Made by a program: the position numbers and the translations under genes. From Arenicellales bacterium (GTDB lineage: Bacteria > Pseudomonadota > Gammaproteobacteria > Arenicellales > JAJDZL01), in the NCBI GenBank assembly GCA_965243645.1, contig CBDEVD010000005.1, positions 965,132 to 1,029,131 of the forward strand: a stretch of 64,000 bases of DNA. The letters run 5' to 3'. Of the stretch, positions 8,749 to 18,064 are shown piece after piece. Numbering within the stretch: the first letter of the stretch is position 1; each line of letters begins with the position of its first letter. The notes beneath the pieces were generated by a model. The model ran no database searches and had not been told where the DNA came from. It worked only from the letters and a program-made list of their open reading frames with translations.

Positions 8749-9945
8749 TCAGTCGACGACGATTAAATCCCGTTCGACATTACAAAGCCGCTGACCACCG
8801 CTCTCGGTTACTACGAATGATTCCGACACCGCACAGCCGAAATCGTCCAGCCAAACCCCCGATTGAAAGTGAAAACACATCCCGGCTTGCAAAACCGTAT
8901 GATCGCCGGGTCGCAAACTGCAAGTCCGCTCACCCCAGTCCGGTGGATAGCCTACCCCAATTGAATAGCCAACGCGACTTTCCTTGGTAATGCCATTTCG
9001 ATTGAGTACCGCTTGCCAGCCAGCTTCAACTTGTTCACAGGTATTGCCCGGTCGGGCCAATTCCAAACCGACATCCACACCTTCAACTATCACCTGCGCC
9101 AGTGTTTTTATTTTTTCGGGAGGTTTACCGATATGAACTGTTCGCGTCAACGGTGAGTGATAGCGGCGCCGGACACCAGCTAATTCCACCATGACAAGGA
9201 CATCGGATGGAATGGGTAAATCTGACCAGGTTAAGTGCGGGGTACTGGTTCCCTCATCAACCTGGATCAGGGGGCAAAGTGCCGTGTAATCACCACCGCG
9301 ACCATTAGTCCCGGCGATCTGTGCACGATAAACTTCTGCAATGACTTCATTTTGTGGTACACCGGCTCGAATTTTGGAGATTGTAGCATTCATGGTTTCA
9401 GTGCCAATTTCACCAGCCTGTTTCATTAACGCGATTTCCCCATCTGATTTCACCAGGCGTGCCCAATTTACGAGGTCACCATTGTTGGACAATTTTGCAT
9501 TAGGCAATCCCTTGACCAATGTTTCATGACATCGTGCGGTGTAAAAATGCGCGTCAAGTTCAACCCCGACTCGGGCATCAGACCATCCACGATCATCGAT
9601 CAGATCGACCAACTCATCATAGGGATGACCAACCGGGTGTTGCACCAGGCTCTCACTGTACGGGACGATGTTGACTGCAGGTAGGTCGGTTGTGACATGT
9701 GCTGCCTTGGCATCCTGAGCACGGCCAAACCAGATTGGCCATTCCTCTTCCTGGTGTACAAGCACGCATTGGGGAACATAAAACGACCAACCATCGAATC
9801 CAGTCAGCCAGCACATGTTGCTGGGATCCTGGCAGATGATCAGATCGAAACCCGCCTGTGCCATACGTTGCTTGACGTCATTGACGCGCGCACGGTACTC
9901 CGCAGTGGAAAATAGTTTTTCAAACAAAGGGGTGTTTTGATTCAT
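8749..9945 (-). CDS. doeA: ectoine hydrolase (M24/creatinase-fold), DoeA/EutD
   Basis: 398 aa. The N-terminal DPSNMCWLTGFDGWSFYVPQCVLV motif and pita-bread C-terminal domain match ectoine hydrolases. Confidence 0.8.
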   Translation of the reverse strand: MNQNTPLFEKLFSTAEYRARVNDVKQRMAQAGFDLIICQDPSNMCWLTGFDGWSFYVPQCVLVHQEEEWPIWFGRAQDAKAAHVTTDLPAVNIVPYSESLVQHPVGHPYDELVDLIDDRGWSDARVGVELDAHFYTARCHETLVKGLPNAKLSNNGDLVNWARLVKSDGEIALMKQAGEIGTETMNATISKIRAGVPQNEVIAEVYRAQIAGTNGRGGDYTALCPLIQVDEGTSTPHLTWSDLPIPSDVLVMVELAGVRRRYHSPLTRTVHIGKPPEKIKTLAQVIVEGVDVGLELARPGNTCEQVEAGWQAVLNRNGITKESRVGYSIGVGYPPDWGERTCSLRPGDHTVLQAGMCFHFQSGVWLDDFGCAVSESFVVTESGGQRLCNVERDLIVVD

Positions 9946-9948
9946 TGG

Positions 9949-10941
9949 TTAGGCCTCAATCATAATTCCTGAGTCAGTTGCATCGGCACGTTGTTTGGCA
10001 AATGTCGCAATGGCTGTATCTTGTACCCCGGTGCCAGTAAGATCGCAAATCGTAATCTCATCAGCCGATACACGACCTGCAGATTGTCCAGCGACAATAT
10101 CCCCCAACTCAACAACTGCGCAGTCCGATTTGACAATACCTGCTGCAATTGCGTGGTGCAGTTCACCGAGAATGGCGGTTTGTGCGCGTCGGTCTGCGAT
10201 GTATGTTGTCGCCACGCCAAGGCAATTGGGTTCAAGTTCATTCTTGTGAGCCTGATCGGCACCCATCGCGGTAATGTGCTGACCGGGCTGCAGCCAGTCT
10301 GCTTTCACTAGGGGAGTTGCCGAAGGGGTGGTCGTCACGATGACGTCCGCGGATTTAACCGCATGTTCACGATCATGACTGAACTCGACACGAATACCAA
10401 GTTTATCGGCTAACTGCACCGCGGTTGTATGACCCTTGGCGTGATCTCTTGCCCAGATGACCGCAGACTCAATTGGACGCACCAGCGTCAAGGCTTCGAG
10501 CTGCAGTCTGGATTGCTGGCCGGCACCAATCACACAGGCACGCCTGGCATCTTCTCGGGCCAGGTATCGAGCAGCGACTGCACCGGCTGCTGCAGTGCGG
10601 ATATCAGTCAGGAAGCCGTTGTCCAGCAAAATGGCTTCGACCATACCAGTCTTAACCGCAAAAAGTACCATCAGACCGGAGGTACTCGGTAGGCCAAATT
10701 TGGGATTGTCAAAAAACCCGGGCGACATTTTGATCGCGAAACTTTCTACACCTGGCACATAGGCTGTTTTAACATCGACCTCGCCATTGGATGGTTCAAT
10801 GGCCATCGACATGATTGGCGGCATAACCACCTCACCACCTGCCAGTACAGCAAATGCCGATTCAATGCAGTCCACCGCATCGAGATCCAAGTGAACAATA
10901 TTACGCAGTTCCTTTTCAGTCAATAACTTAAGATTTGGCAT
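9949..10941 (-). CDS. eutC: ornithine cyclodeaminase/mu-crystallin family protein, ectoine utilization protein EutC
   Basis: 330-aa OCD family protein with a Rossmann motif (VIGAGQQSRLQLEA), located between eutB and doeA. Confidence 0.75.
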   Translation of the reverse strand: MPNLKLLTEKELRNIVHLDLDAVDCIESAFAVLAGGEVVMPPIMSMAIEPSNGEVDVKTAYVPGVESFAIKMSPGFFDNPKFGLPSTSGLMVLFAVKTGMVEAILLDNGFLTDIRTAAAGAVAARYLAREDARRACVIGAGQQSRLQLEALTLVRPIESAVIWARDHAKGHTTAVQLADKLGIRVEFSHDREHAVKSADVIVTTTPSATPLVKADWLQPGQHITAMGADQAHKNELEPNCLGVATTYIADRRAQTAILGELHHAIAAGIVKSDCAVVELGDIVAGQSAGRVSADEITICDLTGTGVQDTAIATFAKQRADATDSGIMIEA

Positions 10942-10943
10942 GA

Positions 10944-11969
10944 TTAAGCGCTTTGTTGGTTAACATCAACAAACTCACCGGAAATAATTCGATAGTGTAA
11001 ATCCATATCGATATTGCCGCCACTGGCGATTACCGCGAGTGGGCCAGTAGCTTTAACCTTCCCAGCCAGTAGCGCAGCGATACCAACTGAGCCCGAGCCC
11101 TCCAGAATCTGTTTTTCGTTCCAGTAAGCGTAGCGGATGGCTTCATCAATCTCAGTTTCACTGACCAGCACGAACTCATCAATCAGCTCGCCAGCCATCG
11201 CAAAGGTGTATTGATTATCGAGGCCGATTCCACCTCCAAGTGCGTCCGCCAGTGATGGCAGCTCTGCAACCATAACAGGATGCCCGGCTTGCAGACTGGT
11301 ATACATCGCGGCACCGCGTTGCATTGACACACCGATAACTCGAATGCTTGGGTTGAATGCCTTGAGTGCTGTCGCGACGCCTGCGATCAAACCACCACCT
11401 GACACCGGGACGATTACCGCTTCGATATCTGGTAGCTGCTGTTGCAGTTCCAGTCCCAGCGTACCCTGACCCGCGATAATGTCGAAGTGATCGAACGGTG
11501 GTAACATCGTCATGTTCTGTTCTGCGACCAACCGGTCAACTTCAACTTGTGCGTCATCTTGGGATCGACCCACAATGCGCACCTCGGCACCATGTGACCG
11601 GATGCCATCAATCTTGTTTTGCGGAACCAGGTTGGACATGCAGATCACGCAGCGAATTCCTGCTAAAGAGGCTGCATAGGCAAGCCCACGTCCGTGGTTG
11701 CCCGTCGAGACACCGACCACGCCATCGGCTCGCTGCTGTTTGGTGAGATTCAAAATTGCATTGGTCGCACCGCGCAGTTTGAAGCTCCCGGTCAGTTGCT
11801 GGTGTTCGAGTTTCAGGAATACAGCACCGCCGGTTTGCTCACTCAGTGCTGTTGAATGAACGAGTGGCGTTTGATGAACAGATGCGACGATACGTGCGCT
11901 TGCTTGCTCAATATCGGAAAGGGTTATGTGCCTGTTGGCCATAGTCAGAATAGTCCGGATCGCAATCAA
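10944..11969 (-). CDS. eutB: PLP-dependent threonine-dehydratase-like hydroxyectoine utilization dehydratase EutB
   Basis: 341 aa with the PLP lysine motif (TGSFKLRGA) and a glycine loop (SGGGLIAG). Its start overlaps the upstream gene (ATGA). Confidence 0.75.
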   Translation of the reverse strand: MIAIRTILTMANRHITLSDIEQASARIVASVHQTPLVHSTALSEQTGGAVFLKLEHQQLTGSFKLRGATNAILNLTKQQRADGVVGVSTGNHGRGLAYAASLAGIRCVICMSNLVPQNKIDGIRSHGAEVRIVGRSQDDAQVEVDRLVAEQNMTMLPPFDHFDIIAGQGTLGLELQQQLPDIEAVIVPVSGGGLIAGVATALKAFNPSIRVIGVSMQRGAAMYTSLQAGHPVMVAELPSLADALGGGIGLDNQYTFAMAGELIDEFVLVSETEIDEAIRYAYWNEKQILEGSGSVGIAALLAGKVKATGPLAVIASGGNIDMDLHYRIISGEFVDVNQQSA

Positions 11970-12859
11970 TCCGATTGGCTGTTGTTTTGCTGGTGATCAA
12001 AAATAGAAGTGTAGCCATCGGACCAATCCGGCGGTAGTGGCACGATCAATTCTTCATGATGGGCATAACGCGGCAGCGAGCCACGAACCAGGACATTGTA
12101 ATTTACGCTGGGGTAGGCAGGTGCGGTATACGGCATGGCATCTGCCGCACTGTAAGTCAGAACCAGTGCAGGACGATTACTGGAACTGAAATTGCTGGCC
12201 GAGCCGTGTATGGTGCGACTGTGATGCACCGATACTGTTCCTGGTGGGCCGATGAGCGAAATTGCGTTGGCTACCCCCGCGCTCTCAAGGTCACGCTCCG
12301 ATATGGCTCCGGTCCATTGCCCAAGTTCGTCATAGTGGTGGAAAATCTCACCTTTATGACTGCCTGGAATAACCTGCAAGGGACCCTGTTCAGGCGTCGC
12401 ACCATCCAGCAACAACAAAAACTGCAAGGTTCCCGAGTGGGTGTGAGGATAAAAGACCAGGTCTTGGTGCCACTTGACTTGTGCACCGCCATCTGACCAT
12501 TTGAAATTCACCATGAGTTCACGGAACTTCAGGTTTGGACCGAGCAAATCGACAGCAATATCCGGAATGACAGAATCGGTGCATAGCTGCCAGAATATCG
12601 AATCGAATTCATCGAGGTATGCGACCCGACGCAGACGAGGATTGCTGGCGCTGTGATCGGGTTCCAAATCAATGCGGCGAGTCGACTGCTTTAGGTCCCG
12701 CGTTGATTGAATGACTTCATCCAGGGCATCTCTTAAGGCATCCAGGCAGTCTTTGCCAATTAATCCCGGAAACAAGAGATAGCCATGATCGTAATATTCT
12801 TCACGCTGTACCTGTGTGATCACAGTTGGCGAATACGTGTTGATTTCATTGAGTTGCAT
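11966..12859 (-). CDS. phytanoyl-CoA dioxygenase (PhyH) family Fe(II)/2-oxoglutarate dioxygenase
   Basis: 297 aa with an HxD...H facial triad candidate (KWHQDLVFYP ... VHHSRTIHGS). Translationally coupled to eutB. Confidence 0.75.
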   Translation of the reverse strand: MQLNEINTYSPTVITQVQREEYYDHGYLLFPGLIGKDCLDALRDALDEVIQSTRDLKQSTRRIDLEPDHSASNPRLRRVAYLDEFDSIFWQLCTDSVIPDIAVDLLGPNLKFRELMVNFKWSDGGAQVKWHQDLVFYPHTHSGTLQFLLLLDGATPEQGPLQVIPGSHKGEIFHHYDELGQWTGAISERDLESAGVANAISLIGPPGTVSVHHSRTIHGSASNFSSSNRPALVLTYSAADAMPYTAPAYPSVNYNVLVRGSLPRYAHHEELIVPLPPDWSDGYTSIFDHQQNNSQSD

Positions 12860-12883
12860 GACGATTCCACCGGCAAACAGGAC

Positions 12884-13693
12884 TCATTTGAGTGTAAAGT
12901 TTAAAGATTGCGTACGCAGCAGGCGGCCGTACCCGGCAACTGATTGGGTATTTCCAGTAGCGCGCAAGGCTTGCCAGAATAATGCCTGGTTGGCGGAAAT
13001 AACTGGCTTGTCGATAGCTTGTTCGATTGCATCGAGCACCTCTACTGCCCGAATGGCAGTACAGGAGATAAACAAGGCATCGGCATCCGGTCGGTCGGCT
13101 TGAATAGCCGCAGCCAAAATTGCCTGTGGCGAAATTTTGGCCATCGAGTCGTTCGACGCGCAATGAAAGCTGGTGAATGCGACAATTTCAATTCCCCGTT
13201 CGACAACGTATTGGAAAATCTGCTCGTTAACATCGTCTGCATAGGGAGTTAACACGGCGATTTTACGCGCACCGAAACCGTTCAGCGCGGCAAGTGCTGC
13301 CGTGATCGGGGCAGCGACTGGAATACCCGGTCGCGACGCATGGATGCGTTGGACAACTTTGTCGTAACCAAGCACTACCGTACCTGAGGTGCAGCTGTAT
13401 GCAATTGAGTCAAGACGCGAACCCGGGATTAACAAGTCGGTTGCGCGCGTCAGTTCGGGTTCCATTTCGCGCAAGCGTTCCACTGAACAGATGTCATCGT
13501 TCGGAATTCTGGATACAAAGAGTGCAACTTCATCACTGGGCCGCATGTTAATGAAATCGCGCTCAGTCGCCAGGTCATTCGACAAAGCCAGAAGCCCGAT
13601 TCGAAACCGTCCCGGTCCATCATCTGCGTGGTAGTTTCCCTTAACAGGTTGCGATTGAAATTGTTGTGATATGGCAGTTTCAGTGAGATTCAT
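12884..13693 (-). CDS. eutA: Asp/Glu/hydantoin-racemase superfamily protein (arylmalonate decarboxylase/maleate isomerase-like), ectoine utilization protein EutA
   Basis: 269 aa with two catalytic-cysteine contexts (AYSCTSG, FISCTA), placed first among the eut genes after the transporter. Confidence 0.7.
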   Translation of the reverse strand: MNLTETAISQQFQSQPVKGNYHADDGPGRFRIGLLALSNDLATERDFINMRPSDEVALFVSRIPNDDICSVERLREMEPELTRATDLLIPGSRLDSIAYSCTSGTVVLGYDKVVQRIHASRPGIPVAAPITAALAALNGFGARKIAVLTPYADDVNEQIFQYVVERGIEIVAFTSFHCASNDSMAKISPQAILAAAIQADRPDADALFISCTAIRAVEVLDAIEQAIDKPVISANQALFWQALRATGNTQSVAGYGRLLRTQSLNFTLK

Positions 13694-13720
13694 TTTGAGT
13701 TAAGCTCCTCGCGAATAAGG

Positions 13721-14815
13721 TCAAGTCCCTGCGGCCACGACAATACAGTCGGATGGATAGAATGACAATTCAAGTGTTCCTGAATATTGTTCCAGCGATT
13801 GGCCGACAAATTGTTCGCTAACGGTACATAAGTCGCCACTTTCCAGTTCGATGACAATGTGAATATCAGCGCCTAAATGGGCGACGTTGCGCGCGCTGCC
13901 GCGCAATCGGTTCATCGGTGTAGCGGCATCACCGTTTGAATTGGATTGATTGACCTGAATTCGTTCGGGTCGAATACAGACTTCAAATCCGGTCGCGTCA
14001 AATTCTGGCACTGGAACCCAGATTGACAAACCAGTTGGCGTTTCAAACAAACCGAATCCGGCCCGGTCGGACGGACCAAGCTGACCCTGCAGCCAGTTGG
14101 AGCGGCCAATGAATTCGGCAACGAATTTTGTGCGCGGGTTCTTGTAGATTTCTGTCGGCGGCCCTTCCTGTACGATGCGGCCTTCACTCATCACTACCAG
14201 TCGGTCTCCCAGGCTCATGGCTTCTTCCTGATCATGGGTCACAATAATTGTGGTTGCATCAACCGCGGACAGAATTTGCTTCAGTTCGATGCGCAATTCC
14301 TGGCGCAGCTTGGCATCCAGTGCTGACAAAGGTTCGTCAAGCAGCACCACTTCCGGATTTGTTGCCAGCGCACGGGCCAGTGCAACCCGCTGTTGCTGTC
14401 CGCCGGACAATAGTGCCGGGCGCCGGGATTCAAAGCCATTGAGTTTGACAAGGTCCAGCATCTCCCCGACGCGGTGGCTGATTCGGTTGCGATCAAAATT
14501 ACGGCGTTTGAGGCCGTAGGCTACATTTTGTTCGACACTCATGTGTGGAAACAGCGCATAGTCCTGGAACAGTAAACCGACGTTGCGTTCGTAGGGCCGT
14601 TTTGCGCGCATGTTGTTACCCGAGATGAAGATGTCGCCGGCACTTGGCTCTTCAAAACCCGCAATCATTCGCAAAGTGGTGGTCTTGCCGCAGCCAGAGG
14701 GACCGAGCAAGGATAATATTCCGCCTTTTTCGAGGTTGAACGAAGCCTCATGGACTGCGGTGAATTCCCCAAACCGCTTGGTGACATTGACGAGTTCAAC
14801 AACTGACATTGACAT
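13721..14815 (-). CDS. ABC transporter ATP-binding protein (PotA/spermidine-putrescine type)
   Basis: Walker A GPSGCGKTT, signature LSGGQQQRVALARAL, Walker B VVLLDEPLS, and a C-terminal TOBE-like region. Confidence 0.9.
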   Translation of the reverse strand: MSMSVVELVNVTKRFGEFTAVHEASFNLEKGGILSLLGPSGCGKTTTLRMIAGFEEPSAGDIFISGNNMRAKRPYERNVGLLFQDYALFPHMSVEQNVAYGLKRRNFDRNRISHRVGEMLDLVKLNGFESRRPALLSGGQQQRVALARALATNPEVVLLDEPLSALDAKLRQELRIELKQILSAVDATTIIVTHDQEEAMSLGDRLVVMSEGRIVQEGPPTEIYKNPRTKFVAEFIGRSNWLQGQLGPSDRAGFGLFETPTGLSIWVPVPEFDATGFEVCIRPERIQVNQSNSNGDAATPMNRLRGSARNVAHLGADIHIVIELESGDLCTVSEQFVGQSLEQYSGTLELSFYPSDCIVVAAGT

Positions 14816-14820
14816 TCAAC

Positions 14821-15651
14821 CTAAGATCGGTACACGCCGCCGCCAATGACGCGTTCAAGCCCGACAACCGCGTCAAGCAGGATGATCAGTCCAATTGTGA
14901 ACAGCATCAGAATCACCGAAGCTGCGGCGATGGTGAGATCGAAGTTGGTCCGCATCATGCTCACCATTGCGACCGGTAACGTATAGGTATCCGGTGAAGT
15001 CAGAAACAGGCTAACAGCAACGTCATCCATGGAAAACGCGAACGCAAACACCGCGCCGGCTACCATGCCGGTTCGCGCCAGTGGAAAGGTAACGTCCCAA
15101 AAAGCCTGTCGTTCGTTGGCGCCGAGCGTCATTGCTGCTTCGGTCAGATTTTTTCGGATTCCGGTCAAGCCGGCCAACGTGGTCCGCACCGCATAGGGAA
15201 AAGTAATAATGATGTGGCCCGCGAGCAAACGCGGGTATCCCTGAAATACACCAATCAAAGCAAAAAACAGCAGCAGCGAAAAGCCAATCACAACCGCAGG
15301 GATCACCAATGGGGACAGGAAAACGGTTTCCAGTGCCTGTTTGCCAGGGAACTCGTATCGGTCCAGCACGATTGCCGCGCACACTCCGGCGGTGGTTGAT
15401 ACTGTTGCAGCGATCACCGCGATGATCAAGCTGGTGCGCAGTCCGTTCAGGTAGTAGGTGTCGGAAAAGAAGCGGGCATACCACTGCAACGAAAACTCAG
15501 TGGGCGGAAAACGCCCGAGATAGCCGCGCGCATCAAATGACATCAGGATTGATACTGCGATAGGTGCTATCAAGAAAATTATGGTAACCCCAATGACGCC
15601 GATTACAGCCCATGCTCCAAAATTGTCGATATAGCGTTGCAGCATCTTCAA
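14821..15651 (-). CDS. ABC transporter permease (PotC-like)
   Basis: 276-aa six-helix permease with an EAA loop (EAAMTLGANERQAFWDVTFP). Confidence 0.85.
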   Translation of the reverse strand: MKMLQRYIDNFGAWAVIGVIGVTIIFLIAPIAVSILMSFDARGYLGRFPPTEFSLQWYARFFSDTYYLNGLRTSLIIAVIAATVSTTAGVCAAIVLDRYEFPGKQALETVFLSPLVIPAVVIGFSLLLFFALIGVFQGYPRLLAGHIIITFPYAVRTTLAGLTGIRKNLTEAAMTLGANERQAFWDVTFPLARTGMVAGAVFAFAFSMDDVAVSLFLTSPDTYTLPVAMVSMMRTNFDLTIAAASVILMLFTIGLIILLDAVVGLERVIGGGVYRS

Positions 15652-15654
15652 TCG

Positions 15655-16506
15655 CTAGTGTTTGATCCAACGGGTCGTAACAAGGTGAGTGATACCGTAA
15701 ATAATGGCGAGCGACAACACCAGCATGATGATTGAAATTGCTGAACCGCTGGGATAATTCGCGATTTCACTGAAGCGGGAATAGATGAGGTTGGAGACAA
15801 AGAGAATTTTCCCCTTACCAAGAATCATGGGAACCACGAAGGCAGACAAACAAAGCGTGAATGAAATCAAAAATGCGGACAGCAGTCCCGGAACACACAG
15901 GGGTATAGTGATGGTCAGGTGTGCCATCCAGCGTGGTGCACCGAGCGCTTGCCCGGCTTCGGTAAGCCTTGGATTGACGTTTTGAATCGTTCCGAGCAAG
16001 GTGATGGCGGCGATTGGTACCAGGTAGTGAAGCAGTCCCAGAATCACGACCAACTCGGTATATATTCGCCCGTTCATTGAGACACCAAGCAGGCCAGAGA
16101 GTATTTTTGCAATCCCGGTGGGCCCAAACGTCAACTGTAGTGCATAGACCCGTACCAGGGTACTGAGAAACATAATGCCGATCAGGAATCCGACACCAAT
16201 CTTGCGCCACAGCGGTGTACACCGCCTGGCAATGACATAAGCGATCGGGAAGCCAAGAAGTAGTCCAACAACCGATGCGATCAGCCCGATGCGCGCGGTT
16301 TCGACGAAGTAATACAGGTAGGTTGCATCCATCAGTTCCGCATAATTGAACAAGGTATAAGGCGCATCCTTGGCTGCGCCAATACGACCGGGTTCAAACA
16401 GGCGAAAACTCTCCTCGACGACATTGGCTAGCGGCAGCGCGAGAAATACCAGCAAAATTCCTACTCCGGGAACCAAAAGCAGTGCTGCAGCGCGGTTGAG
16501 CTTCAT
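15655..16506 (-). CDS. ABC transporter permease (PotB-like)
   Basis: 283-aa permease with an EAA loop (EAGQALGAPRWMAHLTITIP). Confidence 0.85.
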   Translation of the reverse strand: MKLNRAAALLLVPGVGILLVFLALPLANVVEESFRLFEPGRIGAAKDAPYTLFNYAELMDATYLYYFVETARIGLIASVVGLLLGFPIAYVIARRCTPLWRKIGVGFLIGIMFLSTLVRVYALQLTFGPTGIAKILSGLLGVSMNGRIYTELVVILGLLHYLVPIAAITLLGTIQNVNPRLTEAGQALGAPRWMAHLTITIPLCVPGLLSAFLISFTLCLSAFVVPMILGKGKILFVSNLIYSRFSEIANYPSGSAISIIMLVLSLAIIYGITHLVTTRWIKH

Positions 16507-16722
16507 GCGCGTGTGCTATCCTCGAGTATTTAGCAACCTTTCAAGGTGTCATTGCAAGAACACCAAACTTGCCGCCAGTCATTCGGCCACCTATCGAAAG
16601 CAAAATGGGTTGCCCAAGACTGGCCGGGCGAAGTCAAAAGCGGCTCGCGCGAGCGCCTGTCGATTTATTCTGAATGTGTAACAGCGATCAGGGTTGCCCG
16701 CGAGGCATTTTTTACGGGATGA

Positions 16723-17796
16723 TTAAAGCAGCGGAACGATGTCCTTTTCGAACCGTTTGTTCCAACTGTCCAACTCCACACCCAAGTGGTCCCAATCAGG
16801 GATGACCACAAAGTCTTCTGTTTCAGCAGAGGAGAATCTCAGGTGCTCAATGCCGTGTTCGGCTTTGCCGTTGACCGGTACTTCACCAACCTCCTGATAA
16901 TACAACTCGCTGTTCTCCTTGCTGATCGTAAAGTTGGCAAAGTCAAATGCAAGTTCCTTGTTCTCGGAACTTGACAACACGACCCAGCCACTCACGAACA
17001 AAAAGGTTTTCAGTGAGGGATCTGCCTTGGTCAGGTGACTCAGGCTGGTACCCTTTATTCCGGACAGTGTACCCTGGTCCACGAAGGTAACTGAAGTTTC
17101 ACCGGTTTCCAGGGAGGTGATAACATCGGAAGTATTGGCTGATATGCGACCAATATTACCGCTGGCTGCCAGTTCTTTCAGAAATTCCCAGCCAGGCTCC
17201 ATGTTATACTCGTCGCCACCGCGTGCCTTGGCCAGCGCGACGACTTGCAGGTTGGTGTTCAGCGTTGGATTGGGCCACAGAATATGGCCTTTCAATTTCG
17301 GGTCCAGCAAATCATCGACGGTCTTGATTTCGACGGGACAGTTATCGGGCGCATAGGTGAAAAATACACCACTGGTACCACGCGGAATGTTTTTCCAGTT
17401 GCCATCACCATCTTTGGTAATCAGTCCTTCGGGAACGTCTGCCAGATTCGGGCAGTCATCGATGGTGACCGTTGCTGCCCAGTTTTCCCGCATCATGGAC
17501 AAAAATACCGGGCTCCAGTTGTCGACGATATCGTAGGGTGGATTCGGCCATGCAGCCTTGATTTTGGGCAAAATGGAAGCAGCACCGCCGGAGTGCAGTG
17601 TCCAGGTAATCTCGCTTTTTCCCCAAGCGGCAGCAATTTTCTTCGTATTATCGATCCAAGGTGGCCCCCAATCGACGACTGAAAGCGGATTTGCGCCAAA
17701 AGCCTGGTTCATAAATGGTACCGATGCTGCTGCGGCAACCGTACCACTTGCGGCCACAGTTTTTAAGAGATCGCGACGCGTTAATTTCATAGACAT
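16723..17796 (-). CDS. periplasmic substrate-binding protein (PotD/PotF-type) with twin-arginine signal peptide
   Basis: 357 aa. The N-terminus MKLTRRDLLKTVAASGTVAAAASVPFMNQAFG is a Tat-type signal. First gene of the operon. Confidence 0.8.
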   Translation of the reverse strand: MSMKLTRRDLLKTVAASGTVAAAASVPFMNQAFGANPLSVVDWGPPWIDNTKKIAAAWGKSEITWTLHSGGAASILPKIKAAWPNPPYDIVDNWSPVFLSMMRENWAATVTIDDCPNLADVPEGLITKDGDGNWKNIPRGTSGVFFTYAPDNCPVEIKTVDDLLDPKLKGHILWPNPTLNTNLQVVALAKARGGDEYNMEPGWEFLKELAASGNIGRISANTSDVITSLETGETSVTFVDQGTLSGIKGTSLSHLTKADPSLKTFLFVSGWVVLSSSENKELAFDFANFTISKENSELYYQEVGEVPVNGKAEHGIEHLRFSSAETEDFVVIPDWDHLGVELDSWNKRFEKDIVPLL

Positions 17797-17905
17797 AACT
17801 TAACTCCTACCTTTTTTAATCAACAATAACCAGTGCAATTTGAAGCAAGCAAAAGTTTGGCTCAAATTTCAGTTGGCACCTTAAAGCTCTAATGCTATGA
17901 CGGAG

Positions 17906-17940
17906 CTGTATACAAATGTTATATGATTAGGCCTATACAG
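17906..17940. promoter_or_regulatory. candidate GntR-type operator in the divergent promoter region
   Basis: CTGTATAC (contains the palindrome GTATAC) at 17906-17913 and its inverted partner TATACAG at 17934-17940, between the SBP operon and the GntR gene. Confidence 0.3.
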
Positions 17941-18064
17941 TCAACAGACCGAGCAGAAAAATCTCGGGCCGCAGCGCTTTGATGGGATGTTTGCCGGGTC
18001 ATGCGTGTTGCGCATCACTTACCTTGTTCGGTTAGATTGAGAATCATTGATTAGAACAATTACC

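Noticed and set aside
16641-16660. 12-nt palindrome GCTCGCGCGAGC followed on the minus strand by TTTTG, considered as an intra-operon attenuator after the SBP gene
   Set aside because: The stem would be only 4-5 bp with a minimal loop and a short T tract, which is too weak to call a terminator from sequence alone.
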